Below, piece after piece: positions 19,482 through 27,921 of a stretch of 64,000 bases of DNA. The DNA is from an uncultured Pseudoflavonifractor sp. (GTDB lineage Bacteria > Bacillota > Clostridia > Oscillospirales > Oscillospiraceae): positions 3,182 through 67,181 of the forward strand of contig CANSYW010000010.1 of NCBI GenBank assembly GCA_947651395.1, read 5' to 3'. Under the pieces are notes generated by a model, which saw only the letters and a list, made by a program, of their open reading frames with translations, did not search any database and was not told where the DNA came from. The position numbers and the translations under genes were made by a program. Within the stretch, counting starts at the first letter, position 1; each line of letters begins with the position of its first letter.

Positions 19482-20162
19482 TCAGCCGTTGGCGGTGAAG
19501 GGTCTCCCCTCGCCGAGGCCCTCCTGCTTGAGCAGGTTCTCCATCACCGTGATGTCCGTGGAGATATCCAGGGCCTCATCGGCGAAAAGGGCGTCCAGCT
19601 GCTTATCAAAGGCGGAGACGATGGTGTCCATCATCTCCTCGATCCGTCCCCTGGTGCCGTCGATATTCTCCCCGGACACCCCCGCCGCGCCCATGCGGTC
19701 GTAGGCATTGAGGAGTTTGAGGGTGGTGGGCAGATAGTAGTTCATAAACCGCTTGATCTGGGGCAGTTTCTCTTTGCGCTCCACCACCTGATCGATGATC
19801 TGTCGGGTGTCCTCCTCCAGCCGGTCGATCTGGGCCGAGATCTTTTCGCCGGGAATGGCGGCGTTGAGCCGGCGCATCTCACTCACCGCCCTGTCCCGCT
19901 CGGTGATGAGCGCGTCCAGCTCCGCGTCCCCGGTACCCTTGGGCTTTTCGGCCTCTTCCCTGGGCTGAGGGGCCGCCTCGCCGGGCAGATCATAGCTCTT
20001 GTCGGGAAAGAGGGCCTTGCCGATCAGCCCCGCCGCCCCGGAGAGGAGCGCCGCGCCCAGAATGTGGACGGGCCGATACAGGGGCAGGAGCAGTCCCCAG
20101 AACAGCCATACCGCCGCCGCCAGATAGAGCGGGACGGGAGACTTTTTCACCTGTTTTGTCAT
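19482..20162 (-). CDS. 5-bromo-4-chloroindolyl phosphate hydrolysis (XpaC-like) protein
   Basis: RFMNYYLPTTLKLLNAY, LDISTDITV..LL; upstream of telA as in xpaC-yaaN. Confidence 0.85.
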   Translation of the reverse strand: MTKQVKKSPVPLYLAAAVWLFWGLLLPLYRPVHILGAALLSGAAGLIGKALFPDKSYDLPGEAAPQPREEAEKPKGTGDAELDALITERDRAVSEMRRLNAAIPGEKISAQIDRLEEDTRQIIDQVVERKEKLPQIKRFMNYYLPTTLKLLNAYDRMGAAGVSGENIDGTRGRIEEMMDTIVSAFDKQLDALFADEALDISTDITVMENLLKQEGLGEGRPFTANG

Positions 20163-20314
20163 AGCTTGCCTCCTGACGGGGACACCCCCCCATTTTCACG
20201 GTTTGATTTTACCTTTTTCCCGCCCCCCTGTCAAGGAAAGGCGGCACAAAACGTTGACTTCTCCGCAAAAAAACGGTATCATAATCTTCTATCCTACCTC
20301 ATCTCAGAAAGAAG

Positions 20315-21541
20315 ATGATCCCTATGATGACATTAGAGGATTTCAAGGCCGCGCGGAAGGTGCTCGACGGCGTTATTGCCGACACCCACCTGATCCCCTC
20401 TCCCGCCCTTTCCAGAGCCACGGGAAATCAGGTCTACCTGAAACCGGAGAACATGCAGATCACCGGTGCCTACAAGCTCCGTGGCGCCTACTTTAAGATC
20501 AGCGCCCTCACCGATGAGCAGAAGGCCAAAGGGCTCATCACCGCCTCGGCGGGTAACCACGCCCAGGGCGTGGCCTTCGCCGCCCAGGCCGCCGGAGTGG
20601 AGGCTCACATCGTCATGCCCACCACCACTCCACTGGTGAAGGTCAACAACACCAAGGACTACGGCGCCGACGTCATTCTCTGCGGAGAGACCTTTGACGA
20701 CGCGGCGGAGGAGGCCCAGCGGCTGGTGAAGGAGAAGGGCTACACCTACATCCCCCCCTTCAACGACCTCACCGTGGCCACCGGCCAGGGCACCATCAGC
20801 TATGAGATCTTTTCCGACCTGCCCGATGTGGACATGATCCTGGTGCCCATCGGGGGCGGCGGACTGGCCGCCGGAGTGTCCACCCTGGCCAAGCTGCTCA
20901 ACCCCAAGGTCACTGTGATCGGGGTGGAGCCCACCGGGGCGGCCTCCATGAAGGCCAGCCTGGACGCCGGCCATGTGGTCACCCTCCCCAAGGTGGACAC
21001 CATTGCCGACGGCGTGGCGGTAAAGACCCCCGGAGATCTGGTGTTCCCCTATATCCAGGAGAATATCGACGCCATCCTCACCATCAATGACGTGGAGCTG
21101 GTAGACGCCTTCCTGGACATGATGGAAAAGCACAAGATGATCGTGGAAAACGCGGGTCTGCTCACCGTGGCCGCCCTGAAACACCTCAAGCCCGAGGGCA
21201 AGAATGTGGTGAGCGTTCTGTCCGGAGGCAACATGGACGTGATCACCGTGTCCTCCCTGGTCCAGCACGGCCTTATGGGCCGGGGCCGCATCTTCACCTT
21301 CTCGGTGATCCTCCCCGACCGGCCCGGTGAGCTGCTCCACGTGTCCCAGATCCTGGCCCGGGAAAACGGCAACACCATTAAGCTGGAACACAACCAGTTC
21401 ATCAACCTGAACCGCCAGGCCGGAGTGGAGCTGAAGGTGACTCTGGAGGCCTTCGGCCTGGAGCACAAGGCCCAGATCCTCGCCGCCCTGCGCAAAGAGG
21501 GATATAACGCCGTGGAGGTCTCTACGGGCGAGGTGTATTGA
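20315..21541 (+). CDS. ilvA: Threonine ammonia-lyase with C-terminal ACT domain
   Basis: KPENMQITGAYKLRGA PLP lysine, SAGNHAQG, PIGGGGL, SGGNMD; true start may be 20324 or 20327. Confidence 0.95.
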   Translation: MIPMMTLEDFKAARKVLDGVIADTHLIPSPALSRATGNQVYLKPENMQITGAYKLRGAYFKISALTDEQKAKGLITASAGNHAQGVAFAAQAAGVEAHIVMPTTTPLVKVNNTKDYGADVILCGETFDDAAEEAQRLVKEKGYTYIPPFNDLTVATGQGTISYEIFSDLPDVDMILVPIGGGGLAAGVSTLAKLLNPKVTVIGVEPTGAASMKASLDAGHVVTLPKVDTIADGVAVKTPGDLVFPYIQENIDAILTINDVELVDAFLDMMEKHKMIVENAGLLTVAALKHLKPEGKNVVSVLSGGNMDVITVSSLVQHGLMGRGRIFTFSVILPDRPGELLHVSQILARENGNTIKLEHNQFINLNRQAGVELKVTLEAFGLEHKAQILAALRKEGYNAVEVSTGEVY

Positions 21542-21635
21542 CCCGGCCAGACCCCCGGCGCGTCACCCCGCCTGATTTGTCCGGAACCGGCACATAACCA
21601 ATACCCCCGACCGGGCACACCCGGCCGGGGGCTAT

Positions 21636-21773
21636 ATGATGCGGCGCCGGCGCGCCAAAGCGCCGATGCCGGCGCCGTGGGTCGCTTACCGTTGGGGAGG
21701 CCGGCGATGGCGCGTCGGGCATCCGCTTGGTTCATCCTATGACGGGGATAAGCCCCCCGTTCCCCCGCCGTGA
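21636..21773 (+). CDS. Putative 45-aa basic Arg/Pro/Trp-rich small protein
   Basis: Hand translation MMRRRRAKAPMPAPWVAYRWGGRRWRVGHPLGSSYDGDKPPVPPP*; fills the ilvA-rpe gap; weak RBS. Confidence 0.3.
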   Translation: MMRRRRAKAPMPAPWVAYRWGGRRWRVGHPLGSSYDGDKPPVPPP

Positions 21774-21799
21774 TAACGCTTGTGAAAGGACGATGCCCC

Positions 21800-22450
21800 A
21801 TGGTCAAGATCGCCCCCTCCATCCTCTCCGCCGACTTCTGCCGGCTGGGGGAGGACATTGAGAAGGTCTCCTCCGCCGACTGGCTCCACGTGGACGTGAT
21901 GGACGGCATGTTTGTACCCAACATCTCCATCGGGGTGCCGGTGGTCAAGTCCATCCGTGCCCGCACCGACATGTTCCTGGACACCCACCTGATGGTGGAA
22001 AAGCCCGGGCGATACGTGAAGGCCTTTGCCCAGGCCGGGGCCGACCTGCTCTCCATCCATCTGGAAGCCGACATGCCCCCCGCCCTCCACGCCGCCCTGG
22101 ATGAGATGGAGGCCCTGGGGGTAAAGAGGGGAATCGTTCTGCGGCCCATCACCGCCGCCGAGGCGGTGCTTCCCTACCTGGAGAAGGGGCTGGATCTTAT
22201 CCTGGTGATGACGGTGGAGCCCGGCTTCGGCGGTCAGGCCTTTATGGCCGACCAGCTGCCCAAGATCGCCGCCATCCGCTCCTACATTGAGAAGTACTGC
22301 CCCTCCTGCCACCTGGAGGTGGACGGGGGCATCAACGCCCAGACCGCCCGGCAGTGTGTGGCCGCGGGGGCCGACGTACTGGTGGCGGGCAGCGCGGTCT
22401 ACGGGGCCGAAGATATCCCCGCCGCCATCGCCGCATTGAGAGGAGCCTGA
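21800..22450 (+). CDS. rpe: Ribulose-phosphate 3-epimerase
   Basis: IAPSILSADF, HVDVMDG, MTVEPGFGGQ, EVDGGI, VAGSA. Confidence 0.97.
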   Translation: MVKIAPSILSADFCRLGEDIEKVSSADWLHVDVMDGMFVPNISIGVPVVKSIRARTDMFLDTHLMVEKPGRYVKAFAQAGADLLSIHLEADMPPALHAALDEMEALGVKRGIVLRPITAAEAVLPYLEKGLDLILVMTVEPGFGGQAFMADQLPKIAAIRSYIEKYCPSCHLEVDGGINAQTARQCVAAGADVLVAGSAVYGAEDIPAAIAALRGA

Positions 22451-22452
22451 CC

Positions 22453-23055
22453 ATGGAATACTTTCCCCCGGCCCTGGAGGCCCTGACCGAGCAGTTCGCC
22501 CGGCTGCCCGGGGTGGGCAAAAAATCCGCCCAGCGGCTCAGCTTCTTTGTGCTGGGCCTGCCCGACGAGGAGGCCCGCGCCTTTGCCGAGGCCATCGTCA
22601 CCGCCAAGAATACCATCTCCCTGTGCCCGGTGTGCCGCAGCTTCACCGAGGGAGAGGGCCTTTGCCCCATCTGCGCCAGCGTCAAGCGGGACGAGGGCAT
22701 CGTCTGTGTGGTGGCCGACCCCAAGGACGTGGCCGCTCTGGAGCGCTCCCGGGAGTATAACGGGCGCTACCACGTGCTCCACGGGGTCATCTCCCCCATG
22801 AACCATGTGGGGCCTGACGACCTCCACATCAAGGAGCTGGTGGAGCGGGTGTCCGCCGGAGGAGTGCGTGAGGTCATCATGGCCACCAACCCCACCACCG
22901 AGGGAGAGGCCACCGCCATGTACCTGTCCCGCCTCTTAAAGCCCTTCGGGGTGAAGGTGACGCGGCTGGCCTATGGGGTCCCCGTGGGGGGACAGCTGGA
23001 GTTCGCCGACGACGCCACACTGACAAGGGCTTTGGAGGGCCGGAGAGAAATGTGA
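22453..23055 (+). CDS. recR: Recombination mediator RecR
   Basis: LPGVGKKSAQRL, C4 zinc finger, YHVLHG, ATNPTTEGEATA Toprim. Confidence 0.98.
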   Translation: MEYFPPALEALTEQFARLPGVGKKSAQRLSFFVLGLPDEEARAFAEAIVTAKNTISLCPVCRSFTEGEGLCPICASVKRDEGIVCVVADPKDVAALERSREYNGRYHVLHGVISPMNHVGPDDLHIKELVERVSAGGVREVIMATNPTTEGEATAMYLSRLLKPFGVKVTRLAYGVPVGGQLEFADDATLTRALEGRREM

Positions 23056-23062
23056 CGTCTTT

Positions 23063-23127
23063 GGGCGGATACCATCCGCCCCTGCAAGGGCTTTTCCCGT
23101 ACTGTAGGGGCGGATAGTATCCGCCCC
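23063..23127. repeat. Inverted pair of REP-like palindromes
   Basis: gggcggat-acc-atccgcccctgc on one side and gtag-gggcggat-agt-atccgccc on the other; GTAG/GCAG tetranucleotide feet. Confidence 0.7.
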
Positions 23128-23149
23128 TTTTTGAGAGGAGGTGTTTTCC

Positions 23150-24397
23150 ATGTCCCAGGCAAGACTTTTTGAGCTGGTCTACCTCCTGCTGGAAAAGGGC
23201 AAACTGTCCGCAGCTGAGCTGGCGGAACGGTTCGAGGTGTCGGTGCGCACCATCTACCGGGACGTGGACGCCCTCTCCGCCGCCGGGGTGCCCGTCTACA
23301 CACAGCCCGGGCGAAACGGCGGCGTGGCGCTGATGGAGCAGTACGTGCTGAGCCGGGCCTCCTTCTCCGAGGAGGAGCAGACCCAGCTGCTCACCGCCCT
23401 ACGCTCTCTGTCCGGCACCCCCGGTCTGGGGGCCGACCAGGCTCTGGACAAGCTCTCCGGGCTGTTCCGGCGCGCCCAACCGGACTGGCTGGAGGTAGAT
23501 CTCTCCCGCTGGGGTGGGGACAAACGGATCCAAAACACCTTCAACGCCCTGCGGGACGCCATCCTTTCCCGCAAGGCCATCTCCTTTACATATTCCGATT
23601 CCTACGGAAAAACCACGGCCCGACAAGTCCTTCCCGCCAAGCTGGTATTCAAAGGGCAGGCCTGGTATCTGCAAGGAATATCCCTTGACGCTCAGAGCTA
23701 TCGCACCTTCAAGCTCTCCCGCATCCGGGATCTCACCGTCACCGAGCGCACCCTCCCCACTCCCCCGGCGGCGCCTCCCATTGACGGCGGGACGGCCCCT
23801 ACCTGCCCCATGGTGCGGCTGACGCTTCGCTTTTCCCCCGCCCTGGCCTATCGGCTCTACGACGAATTTGACCCCGAGCAGATCACCCCCCTTCCCGACG
23901 GTTCCCTCCGGGTGGAGGCGGAGTTCCCCGAGGACAACTGGGTCTACGGCTATCTCCTCTCCTTTGGCCCCCTGGTGGAGATCTTAGCGCCGGCGCGGGT
24001 GCGGAAAAGGATCGCGGAGCTGGCCCGACAAATTATTTTTCGCTGCGAAAACCCTGACACAAGGTGTCAGGGTTTGGGTGCTATCATAGAGCCATCACTC
24101 ACAAAGGAGGCACCCCCCATGAACAAAGAGACCACCCCCTTCTGCCAATCCTGCGCCATGCCCCTCACCGACCCCGCCCTGCGGGGCACCGAGGCCGACG
24201 GCACGCCCAGCAAGCACTATTGTAAATATTGCTACGACAAGGGCAAGTTCGCCGGAGAGATGACCATGGAGGAAATGATCGACTTCTGCGCTCCCATGAT
24301 GTCCAAGGCAAACCCCGGTATGACGGAGGACGCCGCCAGGGAGCAGATGCGCAAATTCTTCCCCCAGATGCTGCGCTGGAAGAAGACGGGGGACTGA
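23150..24397 (+). CDS. YafY-like HTH-WYL regulator, in frame with downstream zinc-ribbon domain
   Basis: LAERFEVSVRTIYRD HTH_11, FKGQAWYLQG...RTFKLSRI WYL, WCX-like region; no stop before the zinc-ribbon gene. Confidence 0.9.
   Translation: MSQARLFELVYLLLEKGKLSAAELAERFEVSVRTIYRDVDALSAAGVPVYTQPGRNGGVALMEQYVLSRASFSEEEQTQLLTALRSLSGTPGLGADQALDKLSGLFRRAQPDWLEVDLSRWGGDKRIQNTFNALRDAILSRKAISFTYSDSYGKTTARQVLPAKLVFKGQAWYLQGISLDAQSYRTFKLSRIRDLTVTERTLPTPPAAPPIDGGTAPTCPMVRLTLRFSPALAYRLYDEFDPEQITPLPDGSLRVEAEFPEDNWVYGYLLSFGPLVEILAPARVRKRIAELARQIIFRCENPDTRCQGLGAIIEPSLTKEAPPMNKETTPFCQSCAMPLTDPALRGTEADGTPSKHYCKYCYDKGKFAGEMTMEEMIDFCAPMMSKANPGMTEDAAREQMRKFFPQMLRWKKTGD
24051..24086 (+). promoter_or_regulatory. 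Putative WYL-regulator operator and extended -10 for the zinc-ribbon gene
   Basis: Perfect palindrome accctgacac-aag-gtgtcagggt followed by TGcTATCAT and an AAGGAGG RBS. Confidence 0.7.
24119..24397 (+). CDS. Zinc-ribbon domain protein (Zn_ribbon_2-like), probably also translated independently
   Basis: FCQSCAMP...GTEADG...YCKYCY..G.F...MEEMI...LRWK; own RBS and ATG. Confidence 0.8.
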   Translation: MNKETTPFCQSCAMPLTDPALRGTEADGTPSKHYCKYCYDKGKFAGEMTMEEMIDFCAPMMSKANPGMTEDAAREQMRKFFPQMLRWKKTGD

Positions 24398-24532
24398 GCC
24401 CGTGTGGCTGTACTCCTTTCCTATCGGGTAAAAAAGTATGGGGCGGCGCAAGCCGCTCCATATTTTTTCAAACAGGGAAATGAAATGATCCTCCCAAAAC
24501 GTCTAATGGGTGAAGAAAGGAGGCGAGGGAGC

Positions 24533-25000
24533 TTGAACGAACAGGAATTTGTCCGGCAGGCTGAGGGACTGAAAGCCAGGCTCTACCGCACCGCCCTGCT
24601 CTATCTGGGAAGCGACTCCGCCGCCGTAGACGCGGTGGACGAGGCGGTCTATAAAGGCTTTCTGGCACGAAAGAAGCTGAGGGAACCTCAGTTTTTCGCC
24701 ACCTGGCTCACCCGGATCCTCATCAATGTATGCAACCAGGAACTGCGGCGGCGGAAACGGGAGACGGCGGTGGAAGAACTTCCGGAAACGGCGGCGGAGG
24801 AATTTGACGCCCTGCCTCTCAAGGAGGCGGTGGAGCGTCTGCCCCAGGATATCCGGGCGGTGATCGTGCTGCGCTACTTCACCGGCCTCACCCTGGCTGA
24901 GACCGCCCGCGCCTTAGATGTGCCTCCCGGCACTGTATCCACCCGCCAGCGGAAGGGGCTGTCCCTTCTGCGTCTTACCTTGGAGGAGGATGACACATGA
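24533..25000 (+). CDS. ECF sigma factor (SigV-like)
   Basis: LYRTALLYL...DAVDEA, FATWLTRILIN region 2, region 4 HTH; TTG start after AGGAGG. Confidence 0.9.
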   Translation: MNEQEFVRQAEGLKARLYRTALLYLGSDSAAVDAVDEAVYKGFLARKKLREPQFFATWLTRILINVCNQELRRRKRETAVEELPETAAEEFDALPLKEAVERLPQDIRAVIVLRYFTGLTLAETARALDVPPGTVSTRQRKGLSLLRLTLEEDDT

Positions 25001-26358
25001 ATCGAAACGAGGAATATCAGGCCCTTCTCGCCCAACTGGAGGCGACTCCCGCCGCCCTGGAGGACTGCGTCGCAAAGGCCCAAAAGCGCTCCCGGCGCCG
25101 CCGGGGCTGGAAGACCTCTCTGGCCTCCCTGGGGGGCGTGGCCGCCGCCTTTGTGCTGATGGTGAACGTCTCCGCTCCCTTTGCCATGGCCTGCTCCCGC
25201 ATCCCCGGCCTGCGGGAGCTGGCCGCCGCCGTGGCCTTCTCCCCCAGCCTGAAGACGGCGGTGGAGAACGATTACGTCCAGCTCATCGGCCAGACCCAGA
25301 CGGCAGACGGTATCACCCTGAAGATGGAATATCTTATCTTTGACCCCACCCAGCTCCACTTCTTCTTCACCGTGGACGGAGGCGACTATGACAGCTTCCA
25401 TGTCTACCCCAGCATCTCCGGCCCCGACGGGGAGGAACTGGAGGGCTATGGCATCACCAGCGCCATGTCCCTGCCCGGTGAGCTCTCCGACTTCGGCGTC
25501 ACCTTCAACGAGGGCTTCCGGGCCCCTGAGGCCCTGAAGCTGACCTGCAGGGTGACAGGCCACAGGGAGCGCACCGGCGTGGCTCCGGCGGACTCCTCCG
25601 CTCACGACCCCGAGACCCATAGGGAGCCGGAGGTCATCGCCCGATTCACCTTTGACTTGGCTCTGGATCCCCGGTTCACCGCTCCCGGCAGGACTCTCCC
25701 CATTGAGAAGTGGGTAACGGTGGACGGCCAGCGGCTTTTGATCCGTTCTCTGGAGATCAACCCCACCCACGCCCGGCTGACCGTGGTCTCCGACGAGGCC
25801 AACACCGCCTGGTGCAAAGGCCTGGACTTTTATCTCTCCGACGCCGGCGGCAACCGTTACGGGCCTGGCAGCCGGGCCAGCTCCGGCAGCAACCTCATCT
25901 CCTCCGGCACCGGCGAGGAGGGTGTGGTGGTCTACTATCTGGAAAGCCCCCACTTTACCGGAAAGCCTCCCTACACCCTCCACATCACCGGGGTCGACTG
26001 GCTGGACAAGGACAGGGCCTGGGTAAGCATCGACCTAAACAGCGGAGCGGCCCAGGGCCTTCCGGAGAATACCCGGTTCATTTCCGCCCGGCGGCAAAGT
26101 AACGGCGATGTGGAGCTGACCTTCTCCTCCCAGGGCCCCGGGGACAGTCAGCTGTTCTCCTGGGACTACCGGGATCCGGAGGGCCGCGACCTGACCATCA
26201 CCTCCGGGGGCCACTCCCGCCTTACCGACGATGACGGGCAGGAGTATGAGGAGCAATATATCATTCTGCCCGACTATTCCTTCGATACCGTGGAGCTGAA
26301 GCTCTCCCGCACTCGCACCGCAGAGCTTGACCCGGAGGTGACCCTGGAGATCGAATGA
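24997..26358 (+). CDS. DUF4179-like anti-sigma factor
   Basis: Short N-terminal domain, single TM, extracellular beta-rich domains; coupled to the ECF sigma. Confidence 0.8.
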   Translation: MNRNEEYQALLAQLEATPAALEDCVAKAQKRSRRRRGWKTSLASLGGVAAAFVLMVNVSAPFAMACSRIPGLRELAAAVAFSPSLKTAVENDYVQLIGQTQTADGITLKMEYLIFDPTQLHFFFTVDGGDYDSFHVYPSISGPDGEELEGYGITSAMSLPGELSDFGVTFNEGFRAPEALKLTCRVTGHRERTGVAPADSSAHDPETHREPEVIARFTFDLALDPRFTAPGRTLPIEKWVTVDGQRLLIRSLEINPTHARLTVVSDEANTAWCKGLDFYLSDAGGNRYGPGSRASSGSNLISSGTGEEGVVVYYLESPHFTGKPPYTLHITGVDWLDKDRAWVSIDLNSGAAQGLPENTRFISARRQSNGDVELTFSSQGPGDSQLFSWDYRDPEGRDLTITSGGHSRLTDDDGQEYEEQYIILPDYSFDTVELKLSRTRTAELDPEVTLEIE

Positions 26359-26362
26359 CCTC

Positions 26363-26391
26363 TTGACATTTTTCGGGGAAATCGTTACAAT
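26363..26391 (+). promoter_or_regulatory. SigA-type promoter of MATE gene
   Basis: TTGACA-17-TACAAT. Confidence 0.85.
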
Positions 26392-26397
26392 AGCCTT

Positions 26398-26491
26398 CGT
26401 TCATCGGAGGAAATACGCCTCAGGGCTTTCCAAGAGACGTATTGGCCGGATAAGATGGCGGATCGAGAGGTCCGCTTCTTATCCGGTTTTT
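26398..26491 (+). promoter_or_regulatory. Structured 5' leader with intrinsic terminator (riboswitch/attenuator candidate)
   Basis: Hairpin aatacg..cgtatt, then long terminator ccggataaga..gcggatc-GAGA-ggtccgc..tcttatccgg-T5 between promoter and RBS. Confidence 0.7.
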
Positions 26492-26514
26492 ATTGTGTAA
26501 GGAGGTTTTATCCC

Positions 26515-27893
26515 ATGCATCCCACCAACAACTTCACGCAGGGGAAGATCTTTCTCCCCCTGCTCCGCTTTTCCGTCCCCATTCTGCTGGCCCTCATCCT
26601 TCAGACCGCCTACGGGGCCGTAGACCTTTGGATGGTGGGCAAGTTCGCCACCGCTGCCGACGTATCCGCCGTGTCCACCGGAAGCCAGATTTTGAACACC
26701 ATCACCCAGGTGCTGGTGGGGCTCACCACGGGCACCACCGTGCTGCTGGGCCAGACTTTGGGGCAGGGGCGGTCCGACGAGGCGGGAACGGTCATCGGCA
26801 ACAGCATCACCCTGTTCACCGTTCTGGCCGCCGCTCTCACTCTCTTCACCATGGGCGGGGCCAACTGGATCGCCCGGATCACCCAGGTCCCGCCAGAGGC
26901 ATTCTCCCCTACAGTGGCCTACATCCGCATGTGCGGGGCGGGGCTGTGCTTCATCACGGCCTACAACGTCTTCGGCAGTATCTTCCGGGGCTGGGGGATT
27001 CCAAGACCCCTCTGCTCACCGTTTTCATCGCCTGTGTGGTCAACATTGCCGGCGACTTCATTCTGGTGGCCGTGGCGGGCCTGGGCGCCCTGGGGGCCGC
27101 CATTGCCACTGTGTGTGCTCAGGGGGTCAGTGTGATGGTCTCCCTTCTGGTGGTTCGCCGCCGGGGGCTCCCCTTTGCCCTTGCCCGCAAGGATATTACC
27201 CTCCGGGGCCGCCAGGTGGCCCGGATCCTGCGGCTGGGAAGCCCGGTGGCCCTCCAGAGCGGCCTGGTGTCCGTCTCCTTCCTGGTGGTCATGTCCATCA
27301 TCAACTCCCTGGGGCTGGTCTACTCCGCCGGTATGGGCGTGGCGGAAAAGCTGTGCGGCTTCATTATGCTGGTGCCCTCCGCCTTCTCCCAATCGGTGAC
27401 CACCTTCGTGGCTCAGAACGTGGGGGCAGGGCGGCTGGATCGGGCCCGGCGGGGGCTGTGGCAGGGCATTCTGGCCTCCCTGTGCTTCGGCGTGGTCATC
27501 GGATATCTGGCCTTCTTCCACGGGGATGTACTGGCGCGATTGTTCAACCGGGATCCGGAGATCGTGGCCGCGGCGTCGGACTATCTGAAAGCCTACGCCA
27601 TCGACACCCTGCTGACCTCCTTTCTCTTCCCCTTCACCGGTTATTTCAGCGGCATGGGCAAGACCGGCTTTGTCATGCTCCAAGGACTGGCGGGGGCCTT
27701 CGGGATCCGCATCCCCCTGTCCTTCTGCATGAGCAAGCTCTCCCCGGTGTCTCTGTTTCGGGTGGGTCTTGCCACCCCCTGCTCCACGTTGGTACAGATC
27801 ATTTTGTGCGCAGGATACTTTTTCCGGCTGCGCGCCAAGGACAAACAGGCTCAGAGTCGGCTTTCACCCCTTGCGGGGGAGGATGAGACATGA
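26515..27893 (+). pseudogene. MATE efflux transporter split by a 1-nt frameshift (pseudogene, phase variant or sequencing error)
   Basis: N-half in ORF 26455-27135 (LQTAYGAVD...IFRG) and C-half in ORF 26493-27893 (LGDSKTPL...); one extra G in the G4 at 26987-90 restores IFRGLGDSK and a 459-aa protein. Confidence 0.85.
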
Positions 27894-27921
27894 TATACTG
27901 GCCAGGATCCTTTGAAAGGGT

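Noticed and set aside
24470-24510. ECF autopromoter for the first sigma factor
   Set aside because: A CGTCTAA -10-like motif is present, but no AAC-type -35 at the usual 16-bp spacing.
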